Assembly: GCF_004765795.1 (NCBI RefSeq)
Contig: NZ_SBIV01000002.1
Location: 496,001 to 560,000, forward strand
DNA from: Halorussus marinus
GTDB taxonomy: Archaea; Halobacteriota; Halobacteria; Halobacteriales; Haladaptataceae
Direction of reading: 5' to 3'
Length of the DNA stretch: 64,000 nucleotides
Positions within the stretch are counted from its first letter, which is position 1. Every line of letters begins with the position of its first letter. Shown here piece after piece: positions 56,724 to 64,000 of this stretch. The position numbers and the translations under genes were made by a program. The notes below the pieces were generated by a model that saw nothing but the letters and a program-made list of their open reading frames with translations, was not told the DNA's origin and searched no databases.

Positions 56724-58310
56724 CTACTCCGAGCCGTTGAGTTCGATGTAGCGGGCTTCGATGATGCGACCGTCGGCTTCGAGGACCTCTTTGGCCTCGG
56801 CCGGGACCGGCTCGTCGAGCGTGTACACCGTCAGCGCCTCGCCGCCGTGGGCCTCGCGGGCGTTGAACATGCCCGCGATGTTGACGTCGTGGTCGCCGAG
56901 CACCGTCCCGATGAACCCGATGACGCCCGGCACGTCCTCGTTGCGCGCGACGAGCATGTGGCCGTGGGGGATGGCGTCGACTCGGTAGTCATCGACGCGA
57001 ACGATTCGGGGGTCCTCGTCGGCGAACAGGGTCCCCTCGACGCTGACCGACTCGTCGTCGCCCGCGACTGTCACCCGGACGAGGCTCTGGAAGTCGTCGG
57101 TCTGGCGGGTCTTGGACTCGGTGACCTCGACCCCGCGGTCCTCGGCGATCTGGGGCGCGTTGACCGCGTTGACCTGCCACTCGAGAGGCTGGAACACGCC
57201 CTTCTGGGCGCTCGCGGTCACGAGTTCGACGTCCTCCTCGGCGATGTCGCCCTCGTAGTGGACCTCGATCGACTCGATGCGCTGATCGAGCAGTTGGGTC
57301 GCGATCTTGCCCGCGGTCTCGGCCAGCCCGATGTACGGTTCGACCCGTGGGAACGCGCTCTCGTCGATCGAGGGGGCGTTCAGGGCGTTGACGACCGGCT
57401 GTTCGGCGAAGGCGGCGACGACCTGATCGGCGGTGCTGGTCGCGACGTTCTCCTGGGCGGCTTCGGTGCTCGCGCCGAGGTGGGGCGTGACGACCACGTC
57501 CTCGACGTCGAGCAGGGGGTTGTCGGGCGAGACGGGCTCGTCGGCGAACACGTCGACCGCCGCGCCGGCCAACACGCCGTCGTCGACGGCCGCCGCGAGC
57601 GCGTCCTCGTCGACGACGCCGCCGCGGGCGCAGTTGACGAGGTAGCCCCCCTCCATCTGGGCGAGCTCCGCGTCGGAGATGAGGCCCTCGGTCTCGGGGG
57701 TGAGCGGAGTGTGGACCGTCAGGAAGTCCGCGCGGTCGAGACAGTCGTCGAGGTCGACCAGTTCGGCGCCCAACTGGGCGGCGCGGTTCTCGCTGATGTA
57801 GGGATCGTAGGCGACCAGCTCCATCCCGAGCGAGTCGAGCTTCTTCGCGACCTCCTGACCGACCCGACCCAGCCCGACCACGCCAAGCGTCTTGGCGTTG
57901 ACCTCGGTGCCCAGATAGTCGCCTTTCGCCCACTCGCCGTCCTTCAGGCGGGCGTGGGCCTGCGGGATCGACCGCGCCGAGGCGAACGCCATCGCGACGG
58001 TGTGTTCGGCCGCCGCCCGGACGTTGCCCTCGGGGGCGTTGGCGACGATGACGCCGTGATCGGTCGCGGCGTCGATGTCGATGTTGTCGACGCCGATGCC
58101 GGCCCGCCCGACGATCACGAGCTCCGGGGCGGCCTCGAACACTTCCTCGGTGACCTCGGTGCCCGACCGGACGATCAGCCCGTTCGCGTCCGAGACCGCC
58201 GAGAGGAGGGCGTCGCCCTCCACGTCGTAGGCCGTTTCGACGTCGTGGCCCGCCTCTCTGAGGCGGTCTAACCCTGCGTCCGCGATGGGGTCCGTGACGA
58301 GGACTTGCAT
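56724..58310 (-). CDS. serA: D-3-phosphoglycerate dehydrogenase
   Basis: GRAGIGVDNID, AAAEH, GLGRVG, NCARGG, TPHLGAST; ACT domain. Confidence 0.96.
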   Translation of the reverse strand: MQVLVTDPIADAGLDRLREAGHDVETAYDVEGDALLSAVSDANGLIVRSGTEVTEEVFEAAPELVIVGRAGIGVDNIDIDAATDHGVIVANAPEGNVRAAAEHTVAMAFASARSIPQAHARLKDGEWAKGDYLGTEVNAKTLGVVGLGRVGQEVAKKLDSLGMELVAYDPYISENRAAQLGAELVDLDDCLDRADFLTVHTPLTPETEGLISDAELAQMEGGYLVNCARGGVVDEDALAAAVDDGVLAGAAVDVFADEPVSPDNPLLDVEDVVVTPHLGASTEAAQENVATSTADQVVAAFAEQPVVNALNAPSIDESAFPRVEPYIGLAETAGKIATQLLDQRIESIEVHYEGDIAEEDVELVTASAQKGVFQPLEWQVNAVNAPQIAEDRGVEVTESKTRQTDDFQSLVRVTVAGDDESVSVEGTLFADEDPRIVRVDDYRVDAIPHGHMLVARNEDVPGVIGFIGTVLGDHDVNIAGMFNAREAHGGEALTVYTLDEPVPAEAKEVLEADGRIIEARYIELNGSE

Positions 58311-58443
58311 GCGTATTGGAACTGGTGCCGGCGGGATAACCCTTTCTTCCGCTGTACCATTTGCCGACCCGCGTCCGGACGGCCCCGACGTCGTCGGCGG
58401 CCACGTCGAAGATTTAAGCGATACTCGCTCGAATCACCGACGC

Positions 58444-59583
58444 ATGCTGCTGTTACTCGTTGGTCTCGGCGTCGCCGCCTTCGTCGGCTTCAACGTCGGC
58501 GGGTCGAACACGGGCGTCGCGTTCGGTCCGGCGGTCGGGAGCGACGCGGTCTCGAAGTCCGGGGCGGCCGGACTGATGAGCGTCTGCTTCCTGCTTGGCG
58601 GCTGGACGCTCGGTCGCCGCGTGGTCGACACCCTCGGGCGGGGACTGGTCGCCGACGATCCGTTCACGATGCGGGTGAGCATCGCGGTCTTGCTGTTCAT
58701 CGGGCTCGCGCTGTTCGCCGGCAACGTCTTCGGGGTTCCGGCCTCGACGTCGATGACCGCCGTCGGCGCCATCGTCGGCCTCGGGCTGGCGATCGGCCGG
58801 CTGAAGGTCGACGCCGTGATCGAGATCGTCGGGTGGTGGCTGGTCGCGCCGATCGTCGGCTTCTGGGCGAGCGCGGTCGTCGGCCGCTACTGGTACGACG
58901 ACCTCGCCGCGCGGATCGCGGTCGACCGGACCGACGGGCCGCTGGTGGCTCTCGATCGGTCGGGGGCGATCCCCCGCCCGGCGCTCGGCCCGAACACGAC
59001 CCGCCGGGAGTTCGCTGGAACCGCCGTGGTCGTCGTGATCGGCTGTTACATGGCGTTCTCGGCGGGCGCGTCCAACGTCGCCAACGCCGTCGCGCCCCTC
59101 GTCGGAAGCGGCGCGATCACGATGACCCAAGGCGTCCTGCTGGCGGCGGGCGCGACCGGCGTGGGGGCGTTCACTATCGCGCGTCGCACCCTCGACACCG
59201 TCGGCAACGACCTCACCGACCTCCCGCTGGTCGCGGCGGTCGTGGTCGCGGTCGTGAGCTCCTCGATCGTGACGGCGCTGTCGGCGCTCAGCGTCCCCGC
59301 GAGCTTCGTCGTGATCGCCACGATGAGCGTCGTGGGGCTCGGATGGGGCCGAGCGACCGTCGCCGAGGCGGTCCCCGACGAGCCGAGCGTGCCCACCGCC
59401 GGGGTCGGCCCCGCTAGCGGGACCACCGAACCGTCCGACGTCGTCGAGGACGGGGGCGCGCCGTCGCCCGCCGAGCTCTATCAGCCCGCGACGACCGCCC
59501 GGGTGATCGCACTCCAGAACCTCGTGCCGGCGGTGGCGACCGTCGTCGCGTACCTCGTGTTCCGGTACGTTCCGATCTGGTGA
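58444..59583 (+). CDS. PiT family inorganic phosphate transporter
   Basis: GFNVGGS..GVAFGPAVG, VPASTS, GASNVANAVAP. Confidence 0.88.
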   Translation: MLLLLVGLGVAAFVGFNVGGSNTGVAFGPAVGSDAVSKSGAAGLMSVCFLLGGWTLGRRVVDTLGRGLVADDPFTMRVSIAVLLFIGLALFAGNVFGVPASTSMTAVGAIVGLGLAIGRLKVDAVIEIVGWWLVAPIVGFWASAVVGRYWYDDLAARIAVDRTDGPLVALDRSGAIPRPALGPNTTRREFAGTAVVVVIGCYMAFSAGASNVANAVAPLVGSGAITMTQGVLLAAGATGVGAFTIARRTLDTVGNDLTDLPLVAAVVVAVVSSSIVTALSALSVPASFVVIATMSVVGLGWGRATVAEAVPDEPSVPTAGVGPASGTTEPSDVVEDGGAPSPAELYQPATTARVIALQNLVPAVATVVAYLVFRYVPIW

Positions 59584-59667
59584 GCCGCGTCGGCGCGAAA
59601 TGGCGGGCCGGCCACATCGATTTCGGGAACCGACACGCCTTAATCACTCTCCGAGTTTCGTGTACCC

Positions 59668-60867
59668 ATGGTGAGCCTGCTGTTAGTCGTCGGCGTTGCG
59701 GTCGCGGTGTTCGTCGGATTCAACATCGGCGGATCCTCGACGGGCGTCGCGTTCGGTCCCGCGGTCGGCAGCGACGTGCTCTCGAAGCTCGGGGCGGCCG
59801 GGCTGATGGCGGGGTTCGCGCTGCTGGGCGGCTGGACGGTCGGTCGGAACGTCATCGCGACGATGGGCGGACAGATCGTGCCCGCGGAGCTTTTCACGCT
59901 CGGCGCGAGCGTCGGCGTCCTCTTTTTCGTCGGCCTCGCGCTCCTCGTCTCGAACCTCTTCGGGGTGCCCGCCTCCACGTCGATGACCGCCGTCGGCGCC
60001 ATCGCCGGCCTCGGGGTCGCCGCGGGCAACATCGACTGGAGCGTGATGGGCCGCATCGTCTCGTGGTGGCTGGTCGCGCCCATCCTCGCGTTCTGGGTGT
60101 GTGCGGTCGTCGGCCGATACGTCTACCCCTACCTCGACGTCTGGTTCCGGATCGACCAGACCGAGGGGCCGCTGATCGAGTACCGCCGGGTCGGCTCGAT
60201 CCCCTACCCGGTCGCGGGCGCCGACACCAATCGGCGCGAACTCGTGAGCAGCGTCCTCGTCGTCGTGATCGGCTGTTACATGGCGTTCTCGGCGGGCGCG
60301 TCCAACGTCGCCAACGCCGTCGCGCCCCTCGTCGGGAGCGGAGCGCTCGCCACCGATCAGGGCATCCTGCTCGCCGGGGGAGCCATCGCGCTCGGCGCCT
60401 TCACGATCGCGCGTCGCACCCTCGACACCGTCGGCAACGGCCTCACCGACCTCCCGCTGTTGGCGGCGCTCATCGTCGAGGTGGTGTCGGCGTCGCTCAT
60501 CACCTTCCTGTCGTACCTCGGCATCCCGGCGAGTCTCGCGGTGAGCGCCACGATGTGCATCATCGGGCTCGGGTGGGGCCGGGCGACCCGGACGGTCCGG
60601 CTCTCGGACGCGGCGGCGTCGGCGGTCAGCGGCGACGCCCGCGACCCGTCGGGCGGCGAGGAGTCGGCGATGTCGGTCAACGCGCTCGCGGCCGACCCCG
60701 AAGACGAGGTCAAGAAGATCGGCGAGGAAGAGCCCGCCGACCTGCAGGCGAGCGACCTGTTCGACCCGGAAGCGACCGGCCGCGTCGTGATGCTCTGGAT
60801 TCTGACGCCGTCGATCTCGGCGGTCGCGTCGTTCCTGCTTTTCCGGTTCGTCCCGATTTACGGGTAG
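59668..60867 (+). CDS. PiT family inorganic phosphate transporter (tandem paralogue)
   Basis: GFNIGGSSTGVAFGPAVG, VPASTS, GASNVANAVAP, GIPAS. Confidence 0.9.
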   Translation: MVSLLLVVGVAVAVFVGFNIGGSSTGVAFGPAVGSDVLSKLGAAGLMAGFALLGGWTVGRNVIATMGGQIVPAELFTLGASVGVLFFVGLALLVSNLFGVPASTSMTAVGAIAGLGVAAGNIDWSVMGRIVSWWLVAPILAFWVCAVVGRYVYPYLDVWFRIDQTEGPLIEYRRVGSIPYPVAGADTNRRELVSSVLVVVIGCYMAFSAGASNVANAVAPLVGSGALATDQGILLAGGAIALGAFTIARRTLDTVGNGLTDLPLLAALIVEVVSASLITFLSYLGIPASLAVSATMCIIGLGWGRATRTVRLSDAAASAVSGDARDPSGGEESAMSVNALAADPEDEVKKIGEEEPADLQASDLFDPEATGRVVMLWILTPSISAVASFLLFRFVPIYG

Positions 60868-60917
60868 CTCGGCGGAAACAATAACTACTAACCATCTGCC
60901 GGTCGAAACTCAGGGTG

Positions 60918-61307
60918 ATGCCAACCGTAGAATACCTCAACTACGAAGTGCTGGACGACCAGGGCTGGGACATGGACGACGACGACCTCTTCGAAGAGGC
61001 CGCCGATGCGGACCTCGACGACGAGGACTACGGCTCCCTGGAGGTCGCCGAAGGCGAGTACATCCTCGAAGCCGCCGAGGCGCAGGGCTACGACTGGCCC
61101 TTCTCGTGTCGCGCCGGCGCCTGTGCGAACTGCGCGTCCATCGTCAAGGAGGGCGAAATCGACATGGACATGCAACAGATCCTCAGCGACGAGGAGGTCG
61201 AGGAGAAGAACGTTCGACTGACCTGCATCGGCAGTCCGGCGGCCGACGAGGTCAAGATCGTCTACAACGCAAAGCACCTCGACTACCTCCAGAACCGCGT
61301 CATATAA
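60918..61307 (+). CDS. fdx: halophile 2Fe-2S ferredoxin
   Basis: [10 protein letters not shown]...[13 protein letters not shown]...RLTC...YLQNRVI. Confidence 0.96.
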   Translation: MPTVEYLNYEVLDDQGWDMDDDDLFEEAADADLDDEDYGSLEVAEGEYILEAAEAQGYDWPFSCRAGACANCASIVKEGEIDMDMQQILSDEEVEEKNVRLTCIGSPAADEVKIVYNAKHLDYLQNRVI

Positions 61308-61401
61308 GCGGCTCTCCCGATCGCTTTTTTCCGGCGCCGCGACCGCGTAGCGCCCGCTTTGAGCGGGAGCTTTAGGTGAGTCGGCCGCGTGTCCGGAACG
61401 G

Positions 61402-61650
61402 ATGACCGACGAGAACGCGACCCGAACGATGCGCGATACGTTCGGCGTCTGGAACGTCGACGCCGTCGAGCGGGAGGTCGTCCTCCGGAGTTCGGACGAC
61501 CAGCACGTCGCGGTCCCGCTCCCGGCTGGCGAGCGCGACCGGTTCGAGGCGCTCGCCGACGGGTCGGGCACCGTCGACGCGACGCTCGCGGCGACCGACG
61601 ACGGGCCGACGTCGTGGCGGATCGATGCGATCCACGCCGTCGACCGCTGA
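61402..61650 (+). CDS. hypothetical small acidic protein
   Basis: 82-aa acidic ORF filling the gap; TTTAGG about 31 nt upstream. Confidence 0.5.
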   Translation: MTDENATRTMRDTFGVWNVDAVEREVVLRSSDDQHVAVPLPAGERDRFEALADGSGTVDATLAATDDGPTSWRIDAIHAVDR

Positions 61651-61757
61651 GCGCGCACGCCCCGAGCGCCCTCGCCCGAACGGACAGCGGGCCGGGCGCC
61701 GCCCCGTCTCTTACATTTATATACGATGGTGGAACAAGTCCCGGTCGAGAGACTACC

Positions 61758-62750
61758 GTGCCCCTACTCGACGCCTCGATACCCGATCTCCTCCGACTGG
61801 TCGTCGTCCCCGCGTTCGGCTGGGCGGCGTGGCGGGACGTACGGACCCGCCGGATCCCGAACCGGACGTGGTACCCGCTGGCCGCGCTCGCGGTCGCCCT
61901 GCTGGCGTGGGACGCGTGGCGGGCCGCGAGCGGCGCGGTCGGCGCCCCGGAGTTCTTCTGGATCCGGGCGGGCGTGAGTCTGGGCGTCGTCGCGCCGCTG
62001 GTGCTTGCGTTCTGGTGGTTCCGTGCGTTCGGCGGCGCGGACGCGAAGGCGTTTCTCGTGGTCGCCGCGCTGTTCCCGACGTTCCCGAGCTACCTCCTCG
62101 CCGGATGGGAGCTCCCGCTCCAACAGACCCGTCTCGGCGTGTTCTCGCTCACGATCCTGACGAACACCGTCCTCGTCGGTGCGCTCTACCCGGTCGGTAT
62201 CTTCCTCCGGAACGCCGCCGCCGGCCGGTTCTCGTCGGTGATGGTCGTCGGCAAGCCGGTGTCGTGGGACGCGATCCCGACCGAGCACGGTCGACTGCTC
62301 GAGACGCCGGCGGGCACGACCCGCAACGGCGTCGATCTGGACGCGATCCGGATGTACCTCCGGTGGCGGGGACTGACGCTCGCGGAGCTCCGGGACGACC
62401 CCGACCGCCTGCGCGACCCCGCGAGCTTGCCGGCCGAACCGAACCCGCCCGGCGACGGTGCGGTCGAGACTGCGCGAACTGACGGCGGTGCGGTCGCCGA
62501 GGCGGTCCCGGACGACGCGCCGGCCGACGACCCGTGGGGCGCGGCCGCCTTCCTCGCGGCCATCGACCACGGCGCGTACGGGACCACACCCGACCGACTC
62601 CGCGACGGACTGGACGTGCTGGTCGCCAAAGAGGAGGTGTGGGTCTCGCCCGGCATCCCGTTCGTCGTCCCGCTGTTTGTCGGGACCGTGGTGGCGCTGA
62701 CCTACGGCGATCTGCTGTTCGGCGCGCTCGCGGCGCTCGGGATCGCGTAG
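61758..62750 (+). CDS. A24 family prepilin/prearchaellin peptidase (PibD/FlaK-like)
   Basis: [31 protein letters not shown] start. Confidence 0.88.
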   Translation: MPLLDASIPDLLRLVVVPAFGWAAWRDVRTRRIPNRTWYPLAALAVALLAWDAWRAASGAVGAPEFFWIRAGVSLGVVAPLVLAFWWFRAFGGADAKAFLVVAALFPTFPSYLLAGWELPLQQTRLGVFSLTILTNTVLVGALYPVGIFLRNAAAGRFSSVMVVGKPVSWDAIPTEHGRLLETPAGTTRNGVDLDAIRMYLRWRGLTLAELRDDPDRLRDPASLPAEPNPPGDGAVETARTDGGAVAEAVPDDAPADDPWGAAAFLAAIDHGAYGTTPDRLRDGLDVLVAKEEVWVSPGIPFVVPLFVGTVVALTYGDLLFGALAALGIA

Positions 62751-62763
62751 CTCGGGGCGGTCT

Positions 62764-64000
62764 TCAGGCCGCTTCGGTGGCGCCCGGCTCGGCGGCGGGT
62801 TCGGTCTCGGCCTGTCGGCGGTTGCGAACCGCGAGCGCGGCGAACAGCGCGCCCCCGACCGCCCGGAGTGCGAGATCGAACAGCACGGGGTCGACGTTCG
62901 CCGACACCCCCACCACAGAGAGCACCGTCGTCGCCACGTTGAACAGCAACAGCGGCGCCATCAGGAGAAGGGCCGCGAGCGCGAACCCGGCGCGGGCGAG
63001 CCGGCTCACGTCGGTGTAGAGATACGCGATGATGGTCGCGCCGAGCGCCACGACCCCGACGAACACGCCGACGACCGGGATCAGCACCTCCGGAAGGAAG
63101 TAGCCCAGCTCGGTAACGTCGGCGATCCCGATGACGTCGACCTCCTCGCCGGTGCCGGTCCCGCGGAGCAGGAGAATGCCCGGAGTCAGCACGAACGCGA
63201 ACGGGACGATCGCCTTGTTGAGCGACAGCGAGAACGCCTTTACCCCCGTCTCGAACTGGTCGGACTGGGCGATTCCCGAGGCGGCGTACGCCGCGACCGC
63301 GACCGGCGGGGTGATGTCGGCGATGACGCCGAAGTAGAGGATGAACAGGTGGGCCGCCAAAATCGGGATGCCGAGTTCGCTGATCGCCGGTCCGAGCATC
63401 GAGACGAGGATGATGTAGGTCACCGTCGTCGGCATCCCCATACCGAGGATGATCGAGGAGATGGCCGTGAGGACGAGCAGCGCGACGATCGAGCCGCCGG
63501 CCACGGTGCGGATGAGCGCGGTCAGGTTCGGGCCGAGCCCGCTCACGCTGATGACGCCCGGGATCACGCCCGCGGCGGCGACCGCGATGACGACCGCGGT
63601 CGCGGTGCGGGCTCCCGTGTCCATCGACTTCAGGACGAATCCGACGTACTGAAACGGGCGATTGGACGCGAGTCGCGGCCGGCGGACCGCGTCCGCGGCC
63701 GACGAGACCGCGCTGTCGACCTGCGGGTCGAAGTCCAGAAGCGGCGCGTCGCCCCGCGGCCGGGCGAGCATCGTCGCGAGGCTGACCGCGAGCGTGAGCC
63801 ACCCGAGCTTGCCGGCCGCCGCGAGCACCGCCGCGATCGGCGCCAACCCCGTCCCCGGAGCCGAGCCGGTGAGCGCGTCGACCAGCCCAGCGCCGGTCGC
63901 CACGAACGCGGCGGTCTCCAGCAGGAACAGTCCCGTGATGGTGCCGAGTAGCGGTCCGCGAGTCTCCTCGCTGTAGGCGGCGACCAGTGCGATGAGCGCG
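62764..64000 (-). CDS. TRAP transporter fused 4TM/12TM permease (3' part; start outside window)
   Basis: LGMGMPTT..YI, AAHLFILYFGVIADITPPVA.AAYAA. Confidence 0.9.
   Translation of the reverse strand, partial: ALIALVAAYSEETRGPLLGTITGLFLLETAAFVATGAGLVDALTGSAPGTGLAPIAAVLAAAGKLGWLTLAVSLATMLARPRGDAPLLDFDPQVDSAVSSAADAVRRPRLASNRPFQYVGFVLKSMDTGARTATAVVIAVAAAGVIPGVISVSGLGPNLTALIRTVAGGSIVALLVLTAISSIILGMGMPTTVTYIILVSMLGPAISELGIPILAAHLFILYFGVIADITPPVAVAAYAASGIAQSDQFETGVKAFSLSLNKAIVPFAFVLTPGILLLRGTGTGEEVDVIGIADVTELGYFLPEVLIPVVGVFVGVVALGATIIAYLYTDVSRLARAGFALAALLLMAPLLLFNVATTVLSVVGVSANVDPVLFDLALRAVGGALFAALAVRNRRQAETEPAAEPGATEAA

Overview
A very GC-rich window from a halophilic archaeon (class Halobacteria; acidic proteins, many leaderless TATA-ATG starts). 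It is mostly core chromosome: two Rad3/XPD-like helicases, zinc-type and 2Fe-2S ferredoxins, nmd3 with a Taw2/Trm5-like methyltransferase, htpX, radA, sufS/sufU, the rpl39e-rpl31e-eif6-rpl18a-pfdA-ftsY block (interrupted by an arsR-arsC pair), srp54, split mgtE, kynureninase, an intron-containing tRNA-Arg(UCU), the complete LysW-dependent arginine operon (argG-H-lysW-argX-C-B-D-E-F), thrC, serA, tandem PiT transporters, a prepilin peptidase and a partial TRAP permease. I saw no transposase, integrase or CRISPR array. The most interesting unannotated signals are: (1) a leaderless 30-codon Arg-rich upstream ORF inside a strong hairpin ahead of argG, a candidate arginine-sensing leader peptide; (2) a four-copy modular palindromic element that always starts just past a gene 3' end and is rich in GCGAAGC/tandem-GA hairpin motifs; (3) a tRNA trailer with both an antisense and a direct copy of the tRNA T-arm/3' end. 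Many start codons were adjusted by eye from the ORF track. Family assignments come from recalled motifs, not from searches.
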